Source of the DNA: Eledone cirrhosa
Taxonomy: Eukaryota
Length of the DNA stretch: 64,000 bases
NCBI GenBank assembly: GCA_964016885.1
Contig: OZ024740.1
Coordinates: 440,758,001-440,822,000 of the forward strand
Reading direction: 5' to 3'
In this document: positions 31,301 through 45,365 of the stretch, piece after piece
How positions within the stretch are numbered: the first letter of the stretch is position 1
How the letters are laid out: the number at the start of each line of letters is the position of its first letter
Translations under genes and position numbers: made by a program
The notes under the pieces: generated by a model
What the model saw: the letters and a program-made list of their open reading frames with translations, nothing else
The model's database searches: none
Told to the model about the DNA's origin: nothing

Positions 31301-32160
31301 CTCTAGCTGTGTCATTCTCGATAAAAGCACTGGATATGTAGTCCTGATGATTTCTAACAAGAATGAAACGCGTAGATTACTTCCCTTGCTTTTATCGAGA
31401 ATCTAATTGTAATACGTGACGTATTCTATTCTATAGCGATTAGGTCTTCAAAATGTTTATTATAAACATACAGAATATTTTCGAATATTCTATGTCTATA
31501 TTCACATATATATCGCTATTTCAGAGCATTTATTCCAATTTCTAATTTCTGCCGGACCGGCAACCGCTCTTTCAAACCAGTTCCTGTACACAGCTAAGTA
31601 TTCTATAAGTCTCTAGCTGTGTCATTCTCGATAAAAGCACTGGATATGTAGTCCTGATGATTTCTAACAAGAATGAAACGCGTAGATTACTTCCCTTGCT
31701 TTTATCGAGAATCTAATTGTAATACGTGACGTATTCTATTCTATAGCGATTAGGTCTTCAAAATGTTTATTATAAACATACAGAATATTTTCGAATATTC
31801 TATGTCTATATTCACATATATATCGCTATTTCAGAGCATTTATTCCAATTTCTAATTTCTGCCGGACCGGCAACCGCTCTTTCAAACCAGTTCCTGTACA
31901 CAGCTAAGTATTCTATAAGTCTCTAGCTGTGTCATTCTCGATAAAAGCACTGGATATGTAGTCCTGATGATTTCTAACAAGAATGAAACGCGTAGATTAC
32001 TTCCCTTGCTTTTATCGAGAATCTAATTGTAATACGTGACGTATTCTATTCTATAGCGATTAGGTCTTCAAAATGTTTATTATAAACATACAGAATATTT
32101 TCGAATATTCTATGTCTATATTCACATATATATCGCTATTTCAGAGCATTTATTCCAATT
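25311..32160. mobile_element. 310-bp retrozyme-like tandem array 2 (~12 units minus-sense, ~10 units plus-sense)
   Basis: Same unit as array 1; inversion at ~29015. 12 minus hammerheads (first core 25432-25474) and 10 plus (first core 29169-29211). (TA)n at both ends. Confidence 0.9.
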
Positions 32161-32227
32161 TATATATATATATATATATATATGTATATCTATATATCTA
32201 TCTCTCTCTCTCTATATATATATATAC

Positions 32228-32365
32228 GTTATTCCGGGTTGAATCGGAGGTAATCACAGTAAGTAAGATACTCAATACATAGCAGAGTATAAAAGTTTTA
32301 ATATAGATGAGATTCTACAGGAATAGAACTGTTTCATTCTTGAGAAATCATCAGAAATCTGACTG
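32228..32365 (-). mobile_element. pLTR-like fragment with hammerhead core
   Basis: ctgatga-tttctcaagaat-gaaac-a-gtt followed by the same tail as 2015-2127. Confidence 0.65.
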
Positions 32366-32835
32366 TCTAAATTAATGTTGTGGTATTTATTTCTTTTCTG
32401 GTGGTAGGAGAGGGTGGGGAGTGAGATGGGTGGAGGTCGTTGGTTGAAAGAAAAGAGAATTCATTAAAAGCTAATTCTTTAAGGCTATAATTTATATTTA
32501 GAGTGACAAAGGCAGAAAGAATGTTATAAACAGGTTCAAATTGGGGTGCCACTTCTAATTTTTAAGTTTCTCTTAAGCCAACAATGCCTATATTTCAGGT
32601 GTCTATAAGATGGTTGGGGGTCAGTCATGGTTGATGGGTTTAAAGAAAAGGGAAATTCTTTAAAAGCTAATTCTTTAAAGCTCTACTTAGAGTGACAAAA
32701 GCAGAGAGAATTCTATAAACCAGTTCAAAATATTGGGTGCCTGTCCTTATTGTCATGTTTCGCTTAGGCTATATTGCAGGTGTCAACAGACACATTCACA
32801 TACACACACACAAATATAAATATACACATATACAC

Positions 32836-32894
<59 letters not shown>

Positions 32895-32977
32895 TATACA
32901 CACACACATACATATATATATATACATACATACACATATACATATATATACACGCACATACATACACATACACACAC

Positions 32978-33043
<66 letters not shown>

Positions 33044-33171
33044 GTATCTACACATATATACATACATGTATATATATATATATATATACATATATATATA
33101 CATATACACATATACAAACATATACACATATATATACATATATATACATATATCTACAGACATATACATAC

Positions 33172-33304
<133 letters not shown>

Positions 33305-33314
33305 TATAGATACA

Positions 33315-33486
33315 TATGATGGCTGCCCCCTCGTTATCGAGTATGGCCATTGCACGAGGAGAAAGAAAAATAAAATAATAATAATAATAATAATAATAAT
33401 AATCATAACAACAATAATAATAACGACAACAACAATAATAATATACATATACATATATATATACACAGACACGCACACGCACAAGC

Positions 33487-33540
<54 letters not shown>

Positions 33541-36470
33541 TAGCAACTAACAGCGCTGCGATCGAATGTGGCTTTTTAGCCCAGCCAATGATCTAAAATG
33601 TCTTGCACAGAGTCGGCAACCAAAACATTCACTGGGAATAGCCGCCTGTGGTTGGAGTTCGTGTACTTTTGCATGTCGCTTGAGCCCTCCTGCTGATTTA
33701 CATTCTCTACCACATGTTTGGCAAGCATGATGAGTAGCATCTCCAACAGCAGCCTGGTAGTCAACCACTGGTCTTACTTTATGACTGCGAAGATGACTTT
33801 CGAGTCCAGCTTTGCTTAGGCAGAGTCTCGCACATACGCTGCATGTCAGCACCATAGGAGGACCCTCGCCGTCTGGAAGTGCAACAACAATGCCCTTCCT
33901 CATATCCCGCTTTACTTTCTCGTATGCGATTCGAGATGCCTCAAAGGCAACTTTTCCCTCATATACAGTCTTTCTCCATTTATTACGATCAGCAGCAATA
34001 TTCTCCCATGTATCAGCAGAGATGTTAGCGTCTTTCAGAGAGGCTTTCAAGGAATCCTTATACCTCTTTTTTGGTTTATGTGGCGGTCGTTTTCCTTTAA
34101 CCAACTCTCCATAAAAGAGTTGTTTTGGTATTCTAGAATCCTTCATCCTGGCAAGGTGACCACTCCAACGGAGTCGTTGCTTAAGCACAAGAGCTTCTAT
34201 ACTGTCACACATAGAGCTTTCCAAAATCTCGACATCACTGATGTGGTCTCTCCAGTGAACGCCATGGATCCGTCTGAGACACATCTGATGGAAACGCTCC
34301 AATTGCTTAAGGTGGTGTCGATATGTGACCCAGGTCTCGCAGGCATAAAGAAGACAAGAGAGCACACATGCCCTGTACACCTTTACCTTTGTCCTCCTGC
34401 ATATGTTTCGCCGACCCCAGAGTCGCCTTTCTAGCTTTCCGAAAGCATCACTTGCTTTCCTAATCCTAAGTGAGATTTCACTGTCAAGGTTGCTGTATCG
34501 ATTGACAGTGCTTCCCAGGTAGACAAACTGATCAACCACTCTAAGTCGTTTGCCATACACATAGATGTTTGGTTCAGTGTACTGCTTACCAGGGGCAGGT
34601 TGGTACATGACGACGGTTTTCTTGAGACTGACAGTCAGACCTAGGGCAGTGCAAGCGTCAGAAAATGTATTCAAAATGTGCTGCATATCACTCTCTGTGT
34701 GCGCTACAAGATCGCAATCATCTCCATACAAGAGGTCTCTTATGATTGATCTAAATACTTTTGTCTTCGCAGCAAAGCGCCTGATGTTAAATATGCTGCC
34801 TGAGGTTCGATATCGGATGTAAACACCATGCTCGCAATTCCTGAATGCAATACAGAAAACCATTGCAAAGTATATGGCAAACAGGGTCGGTGCTGGAATA
34901 TCCCCCTGTTTCACTCCACTTTTTACTGAGATACGCTCCGACATGTTACCCCCGACATTAGCCCAAGCCTTCATGTCGTCATGGAAAGACCTAACTAAAG
35001 CAAGGAACTTATCAGGGCAACCAAGTTTCTGGAGAACCTTCCATAATGCATCTCTGTTAACAGTATCGAAAGCTTTTGTCAGATCGACAAAAACCTGATA
35101 CAGATCCAAGCCTTGTTCCATGCACTTCACCTGGAGCTGTCTAGCTGAGAAGATCATATCAGTAGTCCCGCGTCCAGCACGAAAACCAGATTGACAGATT
35201 CACCCTACATAAAACTTTCCCTACGACAGAAAGCAATGATATACCTCTGTAGTTCCCACAATCGTTCCTATTACCCTTTTCCTTGTACAAGACCACCATT
35301 ATTGCATCTCTCCAGTCCTCAGGTACGGATTCATTAGCCCATATCCTGCCAAACAAAGAGTGAAGATGTTGCAGGAGTCTCTCACCACCATATTGTAGGA
35401 GCTCAGCATGTATGCCATCCATACCTGGAGATCTTCCACTGTTCAGCTTCGAAATAGCCACTGCAACCTCCACAAGCGTCGGAGGTTCTGCGAGAGCTAC
35501 TTTCACAGGACTTTCTGGAATGAGATTGAGGAAATCTTCACTGACGACAGACGGCTGATTCAAAAGATCATCAAAGTGCTCTCGCCACCTTCGTAGAATT
35601 CCTTGTGAGTCACGAAGAAGTTCTTTGCCATCCTTGCTGCGAAGCGGTGTCACCAGAGAAGAAGACGGTCCATAAACCTCACGCAAGAGACTGTACAACA
35701 GCTTTGTGTTATTGGAATCAGACGTAGTTTGTATCTCACCAACCTTCTCACTCCACCACCGATCCTTCATCTGAGAAAGACTCCGCCTAACACGTGATTT
35801 TACATCCCTGAGTTCCTCATGCAACGTATTCCTCTCCTGTGGTTTTGCCGTCAAGTAGCGTGACAGAGCACGCCTCTTATCAGCCAACAAGTCTTCTATA
35901 TGTACATCATTCTCATCAAACCAGTCCTGATGTTTCCTCTGCGCCAATCCCAGAACACGCCTGCCTACATCATGAACCGACTTTTTAAGGGTCGGCCAAT
36001 TCTCACCAAGATCTGCAGCCTGCATCTCTTCTTCCAATGTCCACTCACATTTTTATCCTTAAGACGAGCAGCATTCAATCTTTTGGGCAGGGCAACACCA
36101 GGAGCCCGGATTTTACGTTTAGTGATTAGTTTCACTTTTGCGCGTACCAGGCGGTGGTCCGTCCAGCACTCAGCTCCACGAAGAACACGAACACACTGCA
36201 CATCCTGTCTGTCACGCATCCTGACTAGGACGTAGTCCAAAAGATGCCATTCCTTAGATGCAGGATGCATCCATGTGGTCTTGAATTTGTTCCATTGCTG
36301 TTACACTTTCCCACTCCATGCCTTCCGATTACATTCCATGTGTTAAAATCCCTACCCACTCTAGCATTAAAGTCACCAAGCACGATGACTTTGTCTGCCT
36401 GAGGGATATTTCTTAAAACACCTTTCAAGGCATGGTAAAAGGACACCTTTTCCTCATCGACAGAATGTAA
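33315..36470 (-). mobile_element. RTE-clade LINE, 5'-truncated and frameshifted
   Basis: APE motifs ([19 protein letters not shown]), then RT, then 3' terminal motif tggccatactcgataacgagggggcagccatcat. Confidence 0.92.
33547..36446 (-). pseudogene. RTE APE-RT ORF in fragments (36225-36446, 35965-36270, 35159-36037, 33547-35157)
   Basis: NYRGISLLS, FVDLTKAFD, GVKQG, YGDD, FVYLGS, RLRWSGH, and three C-terminal C2H2-like fingers. Confidence 0.92.
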
Positions 36471-36949
36471 TAATGTAGTAAAGGAGATTAGTTAGGGTTT
36501 AAGTTTGTTTTTATGTGTTGTGATGTGTAATATGTAAAAGTTAGACGAGCATGAAAGGGAGAAAAAATAATGAATTGAGGATGAATAATCTAACGTCAAA
36601 AAAAATGTTTATGTTTACGAAGGATTTTTAAAGGTGATACTATAAAGTATTTAAAAGGGTAATAGTAAGTTTTATGGCCAGTGATAGGATGGAAGAAGGA
36701 AGAGTGGATATATTGTGGTGAGTAATAATGAGAATTGAGAAGTATCTAGGAAGAAAAGGTACAGATTAGAGGTTAGAAATTAAAAGAAAAAGGAAAAAAG
36801 GAAGAAAGGGAAGTGATAAATAGGAATGATATAGAATGAGTAACTAGTATTATATAATGTATAATAAATAACATTGAAATAAGGTAGAAAGATGGGTATA
36901 TTTTTAAAGAAATATATATATATATATGCCTTTGAGAAAAAGGATTTTA

Positions 36950-39110
36950 AATTGGTAAAGTATTAGATATTAGCTGTATACTTTATGGAATGTTCTGTGG
37001 AATGTATGCAAGCAGAGATAAAATAAGTCAGTGCGTCTATTTATTATAGAATCTAAATTAGATATAATGGTAAATTTCTCACATAAACAGAGATTATATG
37101 TTTTGGATAGAGAGGCATTCTAGTATTGAGAGGCAGAACAAACTTTCCTCCAAGAGATGTTATAGTTAATATTTTTTGTCTTTCAAGGACCATATGAGTT
37201 CTGAGAGTGCCGTGTTGGTTCTTTTAAGTTGGTATTTAAAAGCCGAATGATGATTATAAAGACGAGCTTTAAAGGAGGTGGAAGTGGAGCCAAAATAGGT
37301 AAAGGAATTGGTGTCAGTTATAACTTTACATTCATAGATTAAGTTTTTTTTCAAGACAATGGTTGTTGAGTGGACATTTATTTTTAACAGGGCAATTACA
37401 ATTGCGATTAGAGAAATTAACAGTTATTAACTAGTGACCTAGTGTTATCTATAGGAGGAATTGGATTGGAGAAGTTATTTACGATAGGAATAATAGTTTC
37501 TTGATTTAGATTGGGATTAAGAACATTTAACGAAATTGCGTTTAAACGTCGTATTTGGGTTTGCAGAAATTAGCCTAGAGTTAACAATGACGTCGGGAGT
37601 ACTATTACTATTATTATGATATTCAGTGTTGGAAGGAAGAGATTTAGTATTTAGTATTTTATTGTTGTGTTTAGAGATATTGTTGGAGATGTTGGAGGAG
37701 GTCGAATAGGAAAATTGTATAGTGTGTTTGTTAAATATTTTACTATAGATATGTGAGGGAGGGAAGCATTTATTTAAGGCACTAAAGAATAATTTAGGAA
37801 TATTATTATTAATAGAGATGGAGAAAGGAACATTATACCGGGTTATGTTTTTGTATCTAGGTCTTTTATTAAAGTTATGGGAAGGATCATGATTAATTAT
37901 TTTACTGTAAGATCTTCTAGGATTGGTTTCTCTACTGTATTTGATTTTATCAGGATAACCGGCTTTAGAAAGCGCGTTATTATAGTAATTGGCGTTAGCA
38001 TCAAAGATGTTTTTATTAGATGATAGGTTGGATATTCTTTTTCCAATATTACTAACTATAGCATTTTTAATATTAGTGGGGTGGTTAGATTTAAAATTAA
38101 CATAATTTAGATTCTCATTGTTTTTATGGTAAGGGTAATATAGGCCAGTATCAAGATTAAGAGATATATCCAAGAAGTTAGCTAGTTTGATGTTGTTATC
38201 AAATTCAATTTTTAAGTTATGTTGGTTAAAGAGATCACGTATATTGTTCTTAATAATATTAAGGTTAACTTTGTTGCAATTTAATATAGTAAAAAGTCCA
38301 TCGTCCCGATAAATTCCACCGCGAAGTTGAGGAATTTTCCGATTCAAAGAGTTCAAAATAAAGATACCAATTAAATCTGTCAATTGGGATGAATCGGATG
38401 CACCAATTGTAATGTCAAAGTTGGTCCAATATTCATTGTTGAACTCTAAGATGGTTTTACGTGCGGTGAGAATGATGTGAAGTTCATCTGTGGTGATGAC
38501 TGAATATTTGCAAACGAAAGATAGAGCATTGTTGAGAAGTGAGGGCGAAATAGAAGAATAATAGCTGGCAATATCAAATTGAATAAATTTTTGTTTGTTT
38601 TTCTTATTCAATTTGTTGAACCAGCCAATCACTTCAGAAGTACCAAACCATAAATCTAAGTTAGAAGTAGAGCAATTAGAAAGAACCTGTGGGATAATTC
38701 TATCCAAGATGGCTTTGCTAACAACCCCCAGATCTGATTTAGAGGGGGCGATTAGTCTAACAGGTAGTTCAGTACGAAAGTTGTTTTTGTGATCCTTGAG
38801 ATTTATCCTCGGAGTTCTTGGGAGGAATGGTTCGGTCTTTTTTTCGATGCCAAGTTTTGACATAATCTCAGAAGCTTCAAAGTTTATGGATTCTAAATTA
38901 TGATGGTTGTTTTTGCGATATTTCTTACTAAGTTCTTTAAGGATAAGGTTGTTAAAGTTATCCTTAGAAATACCATATAAATTATTTGTTTTGTCGGAGT
39001 GGACTAAAACATGTTTTGAGGAATTTAGGTTTAAAATCGTATTCTTGAGATTTACAAGGTGCTCTTGTCCTCTGTAAGGGTTTGCTTTATTGTACTACTA
39101 TAAAACTCAC
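36950..39110 (-). mobile_element. Naiad-like PLE (RT plus GIY-YIG), disrupted
   Basis: SDKTNNLY upstream of the RT ORF; CNCPVKNKCPLNNHCL and LIY...YFGSTSTSFKAR downstream. Confidence 0.88.
37517..38863 (-). pseudogene. PLE reverse transcriptase
   Basis: LKDHK, RLIAP, FIQFDIASYYSSI, FDITIGA, YRDDGL, NFLDISL, SNHP. Confidence 0.9.
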
Positions 39111-39266
39111 CTCCTACATTATATATATATATATATATATACATATACACAAATATATATATACATATATACACACACACATATATATATGTATATATAT
39201 ATTTGTGTATATGTATATACACACACACATATATATATATATGTGTGTATATGTATATACACACAC

Positions 39267-39313
<47 letters not shown>

Positions 39314-39468
39314 CATACATACATATACACGCATACACATAAATACATACATACACAGATACATAAACTCACATATACATACAAGCAAACACACATACAG
39401 ATGCATACAGTATATAAATACGTACTTACATATAAACATACATATACACACATAGATACACACACACA

Positions 39469-39564
<96 letters not shown>

Positions 39565-40087
39565 TACACATACACACAGATATACAAATATATATATGCA
39601 TACATACACATATATATATACACATATACACACACACATATATATATATATACATATATATATACATATATATACATATATATATATATGTATATATATG
39701 TATATATATATGTATATATATATATATGTGTGTGTATATATATATATATATATACATATACACATACACATACATACACATACATACACATATACACACA
39801 CATATACACACACATATACACACACATATACATACATTTATACATACAAAAATACACACATACATATATATATACACATACATATATATACACATATATA
39901 CATATACATATATACATATACATATATATATATATATTGTTATACTTTGGGATGGTCATGTTGCCAATAAGAAACACCCGCACCAGTTGCTTTCACTTCA
40001 ATTTATTAAATTAAATTAATAAATTTAGGAATTTATAAATTTCCGGCTGGTTGGTTGGTTCCACAACCAGATGATTGTTCATATATT

Positions 40088-40130
40088 GTCAAAGTTCTTT
40101 CGTCACACATTCTGTGACCTCTTCAGTGAC
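40088..40130 (-). ncRNA. Type I hammerhead in pLTR
   Basis: Identical to 6609-6651. Confidence 0.85.
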
Positions 40131-40314
40131 TGGGGATTCTTTTCTTTGTTTTTGTGCCTCTCCTTTGTTCTGTCCTACGCCATCTTGTTTTTGTGTGTGT
40201 TGAATGCTTAGTTTGCGCATGTGTTACATCCGGGTGTCTGTGTGTGTTTATATTTGATTTACATGTTACTGGTTGGTTGTTTGTTCTATGTGTGTGTGTG
40301 TTTTCATTTTGTCC

Positions 40315-40700
40315 TTAATTGTATGTTGTGATGTTTCTGTTCCATTCATGTTTTCTATTTAATTTTGGTTGGAGTTCATTTATGTTTATTGCCTCTGTGA
40401 TTTGTCTAAACATTGCGTCTTTTCTGTTTGTACATTCTATTTTTATTTCTATGTTCTCTAATTTACCCTTATGTTCTATTTTAGCATGTTGGTGGAGTAC
40501 AGATGATTCTTTACTATCTTGAAGCTCTCTCCAGTGTTCATTTATCCGTTCCCTTATACTACGAGCTGTCTCACCTATGTACACTATATTCTTATCTCTA
40601 CATTGTCCTTCAGTACATATTATGCTATATACTATATTTCTAGTTTTACAATTAATATGGGGGCTTAATTTACAGATTATGCATTTCTTATCTATACAGG
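40315..40700 (-). pseudogene. GIY-YIG endonuclease domain
   Basis: ORF 40315-40584 plus in-frame upstream CIDKKCIICK...CKTRNIVYSIIC. Confidence 0.85.
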
Positions 40701-41146
40701 GAGGTCTTTGAAAAGGGTATGTATTGCTAATAAGTGTTTTTTATGGAGGTACCTGGTCTTTCTACTATCTTAATATTGAGTTTATGTTTATCTAGGACCC
40801 TTCTAAATTTGTAAGCTAATTCACCTCTAGGTGTTGTATCGATGAACATTACATTCTGGTATTTATTGCTATCATATCATTAGTTCAGAGAGATAAAATC
40901 AGAGTATATAGAGGAACCAGAACCAAATGGGAAAAAATGGTAAATAATGATACAAATGGGATCTGCCCCTTGTATATGAGCAAATTTTGGAATAGAATAG
41001 AAAGAACTAGGAATAAGGTTAATAGAATAAACTAATGGTATGATAGCAATAAATAGTAGGCAGAGGCAGGGAGGTCAATCTACTACCACTATAAATAGCA
41101 GCAGTCAAAACGACCAAATTTCATCTCGACCAAGAGGAGTTAATAA

Positions 41147-41461
41147 TAATAAAGTATATATCCCTACACGCAAAAAGCGTCCAGGGACACATGTATTGTC
41201 CATCCATATGCCAATGTGGTTCAATGAGAGGTTAATAAATTAACGAGCCAGAACATATATAATCAAGGTTTAGCAAATAAGAAAAAGTTTCAAAATAAAT
41301 TTCAAAAAATTTCCTGTACTCACTATGGTTACCTTTACCGAATCGGTTTCGAGTCTCAAAAATAAATGGACAGTCCTTGCGGCCTTCCATGAACCACATT
41401 GGCATATGGTTGGACAATACATGTGTCTCTGGACGCTTTTTGCGTGTAGGGATATATACTT

Positions 41462-41466
<5 letters not shown>
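41147..41466. repeat. Inverted repeat, ~78-bp arms
   Basis: 41147-41224 pairs with 41389-41466; the right arm ends in (TA)n. Confidence 0.75.
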
Positions 41467-41555
<89 letters not shown>

Positions 41556-41557
<2 letters not shown>

Positions 41558-41669
41558 AGTTCAAATCCCGCCGAGGTTGACTTTGCCTTTCATCCTTACG
41601 GGGTCGATAAAATAAAGTACCAGTAATGCACTGGGTAATTGCTGGCCTTGTGCCTAATGTAGAAACAAT

Positions 41670-41670
<1 letters not shown>
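41556..41670 (+). mobile_element. 5'-truncated tRNA-derived SINE
   Basis: Runs from B box gagttcaaatcc to tagaaacaatt. Confidence 0.85.
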
Positions 41671-41700
<30 letters not shown>

Positions 41701-41731
41701 ATTATGTAATAAACAACATAAGGCAATTATT

Positions 41732-41787
41732 CCATTTACCAGTGGTTTCTTAAAAGCAAAAAGTTTTGCTTTCAATCCTCAGAACGG
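41732..41787 (-). ncRNA. Type I hammerhead
   Basis: Mirror copy of 46760-46815. Confidence 0.85.
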
Positions 41788-41943
41788 GAAAAGGCTGGTT
41801 TGTTTATTGAATTTGGATTACAAACCAAAAAATACAATCTATATGAAAGTGAGGCTGGAGAAGGGAGAAGGATAGGAAAAATAAAATAAAATAAAACGAC
41901 ACATGCAAACACACACAAAAAACCCAAAAGCATACTTACACAC

Positions 41944-41988
<45 letters not shown>

Positions 41989-41992
<4 letters not shown>

Positions 41993-43471
41993 TAAGTTAA
42001 AAATGTACATCTACATATGCATACTGAAATACTAGTGTGTATATGAATACACACACGTATACATATGTAGGTGTACGAAGTCTTTCACTGGTCGCTTTAC
42101 AGTGAGCGGCCCAGCTATTCTGTATGTAAACACACAGACAAACCGGTTTTTAGAGTCATACTGGTTTTTGGGGGAACACCTTCCCCCTATTCTCCAGAAA
42201 GCCAGACAAGGAATATTGAACTAGTTTCGTTGTTGTTACAACTCATCAGCAATATTTACCTATCTACCGGCCCCTCTGGAGAATTGTAAAAGCACATATC
42301 GTTATATGCTTTTTCTATGAAAATTAGTAGTGGGCAGACTAATCTGCATAGAGTGTGAGTACGCACCGGTTCAGCGGAGACGATAAAAACAAATAACGAA
42401 ACGAAATTAAATTTTGTTTCGTTTGTAACTCACTTTTGTATGACTGACGCTTAAACAATTAAGTTAAAAATGTACATCTACATATGCATACTGAAATACT
42501 AGTGTGTATATGAATACACACACGTATACATATGTAGGTGTACGAAGTCTTTCACTGGTCGCTTTACAGTGAGCGGCCCAGCTATTCTGTATGTAAACAC
42601 ACAGACAAACCGGTTTTTAGAGTCATACTGGTTTTGGGGGGAACACCTTCCCCCTATTCTCCAGAAAGCCAGACAAGGAATATTGAACTAGTTTCGTTGT
42701 TGTTACAACTCATCAGCAATATTTACCTATCTACCGGCCCCTCTGGAGAATTGTAAAAGCACATATCGTTATATGCTTTTTCTATGAAAATTAGTAGTGG
42801 GCAGACTAATCTGCATAGAGTGTGAGTACGCACCGGTTCAGCGGAGACGATAAAAACAAATAACGAAACGAAATTAAATTTTGTTTCGTTTGTAACTCAC
42901 TTTTGTATGACTGACGCTTAAACAATTAAGTTAAAAATGTACATCTACATATGCATACTGAAATACTAGTGTGTATATGAATACACACACGTATACATAT
43001 GTAGGTGTACGAAGTCTTTCACTGGTCGCTTTACAGTGAGCGGCCCAGCTATTCTGTATGTAAACACACAGACAAACCGGTTTTTAGAGTCATACTGGTT
43101 TTTGGGGGAACACCTTCCCCCTATTCTCCAGAAAGCCAGACAAGGAATATTGAACTAGTTTCGTTGTTGTTACAACTCATCAGCAATATTTACCTATCTA
43201 CCTATCTACCGTTCCCCCAAAAACCAGTATGACTCTAAAAACCGGTTTGTCTGTGTGTTTACATACAGAATAGCTGGGCCGCTCACTGTAAAGCGACCAG
43301 TGAAAGACTTCGTACACCTACATATGTATACGTGTGTGTATTCATATACACACTAGTATTTCAGTATGCATATGTAGATGTACATTTTTAACTTAATTGT
43401 TTAAGCGTCAGTCATACAAAAGTGAGTTACAAACGAAACAAAATTTAATTTCGTTTCGTTATTTGTTTTTA
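41989..43471. mobile_element. 467-bp retrozyme-like array (2.6 units minus-sense plus 0.55 unit inverted)
   Basis: Period 467; hammerheads at 42212, 42679, 43146; inversion at ~43210. Confidence 0.88.
42212..42256 (-). ncRNA. Type I hammerhead of the 467-bp unit (also 42679-42723, 43146-43190)
   Basis: aatattg-ctgatga-gttgt/acaac-gaaac-ta-gtt-caatatt; GUU triplet; palindromic aactagtt. Confidence 0.9.
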
Positions 43472-43624
43472 TATATATATATATATATACATACACATAC
43501 ACACATATAATTAAAAAACGTACACTTACCTACACAAGCACATATATACACACATATATACATACATACATTAATACATATACACACACGCACACACACA
43601 CACACACACACACACGCACATATC

Positions 43625-43760
<136 letters not shown>

Positions 43761-43942
43761 CATACATATACACACACACACATACACACACATACACATG
43801 TGGGTGTACAAGCATACACATACACAAACACATATATATACACACATACATACATTCACACAAACATACAAAACGTACATACATACACATACATGAATGC
43901 ACTCCTCTACATATTCGCACACGCAAATAAAAATAAGAAGAA

Positions 43943-43998
<56 letters not shown>

Positions 43999-44232
43999 TT
44001 GTTTAATTTTTGACAGCGATACATGACCCAGCTAACAGGACAGACACGCGTAGTAAGTAATACACACAAAAAAGCACGCACACATACGTACGAAACAGTA
44101 AACACATACACACACTCTCACACATAAATATACATAAACAAACACAAAAACACATACATACACAAACACGCACACGTATACATATTAAACACACACACAT
44201 ATGTATATGTAATTATATACACACACACACAC

Positions 44233-44301
<69 letters not shown>

Positions 44302-44477
44302 TACACATACACACATACATATATATACAAATATATATATATACACAAAATATATAAACGCACACACACACTCACACACGCATATACGTAAACACACATA
44401 TACATACATAGCTAAACAATTATACACATGCAAATACGTATATATCAAAAACACGCACAACCAAAAACAAATACACA

Positions 44478-44510
<33 letters not shown>

Positions 44511-44748
44511 CCACACACACTTTTTTTCATTCTGAAGACTGAAGGAAACATTTTTTGCTTTTAAGAAACCTCTGGTGAATGGAATAACTGCCTTATGTTG
44601 CTTTATTACCTTACTACTATATATACGTTTATGTAAGGTTCATTTGTCTTTGCTAATACTGAGTTTTACACATACACACATGTATATATGTGTGTGTATG
44701 TGTATGCACATGTGTATATGTACGTATGTGTGTATATGTGTGTGTATG

Positions 44749-44819
<71 letters not shown>

Positions 44820-44893
44820 GTATGTATGTATGTATATGTGTGTGTGTGTTTATTATTTTATTATTTTTTTATGTATATATGTGTGTGTGTGGT

Positions 44894-44936
<43 letters not shown>

Positions 44937-45118
44937 TTGTTTTTGGTTGTGCGTGTTTTTGATATATACGTATTTGCATGTGTATAATTGTTTAGCTATG
45001 TATGTATATGTGTGTTTACGTATATGCGTGTGTGTGTGTGTGTGTGTGCGTTTATATATTTTGTGTATATATATATATATTTGTATATATATGTATGTGT
45101 GTATGTGTGTATATATGC

Positions 45119-45172
<54 letters not shown>

Positions 45173-45299
45173 AAAGTTATATTTAAATTGTTGGCTTACA
45201 CCTAGTAAATATTTATAACTGATATAAAAGCACTCAACAAGTTTTTGGAGTATATTTACGATATTAAATAAATGGAAACTATATTTATAAAACCATATC

Positions 45300-45365
45300 T
45301 ATTTCATTATATATATTTCAGAGATATCATATTAACAATATGTTATGCCTTCTTCAGACAAAATA
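45300..45365 (-). ncRNA. Type I hammerhead
   Basis: tattttgt-ctgaaga-[agg...tct long stem II]-gaaa-tatata-ta-atgaaata; AUA triplet. Confidence 0.7.

Larger units (their letters stand above)
39937..40790 (-). mobile_element. 3' part of Neptune-like PLE: GIY-YIG plus pLTR
   Basis: Cys cluster, NIVY...VYIGETARSIRERINEH...EA...PKLNRK, followed by the hammerhead at 40088-40130. Clade assignment is tentative. Confidence 0.85.

Noticed and set aside
25311-32160. Assembly or amplification fold-back artefact
   Set aside because: Arms differ in length, flanks and variants are not mirrored, and the termini match a second locus. Copy number still needs read support.
42071-43232. Repeated 72-aa ORF in the 467-bp unit
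   Set aside because: GTG start, antisense to the ribozyme, and no recognisable motif.
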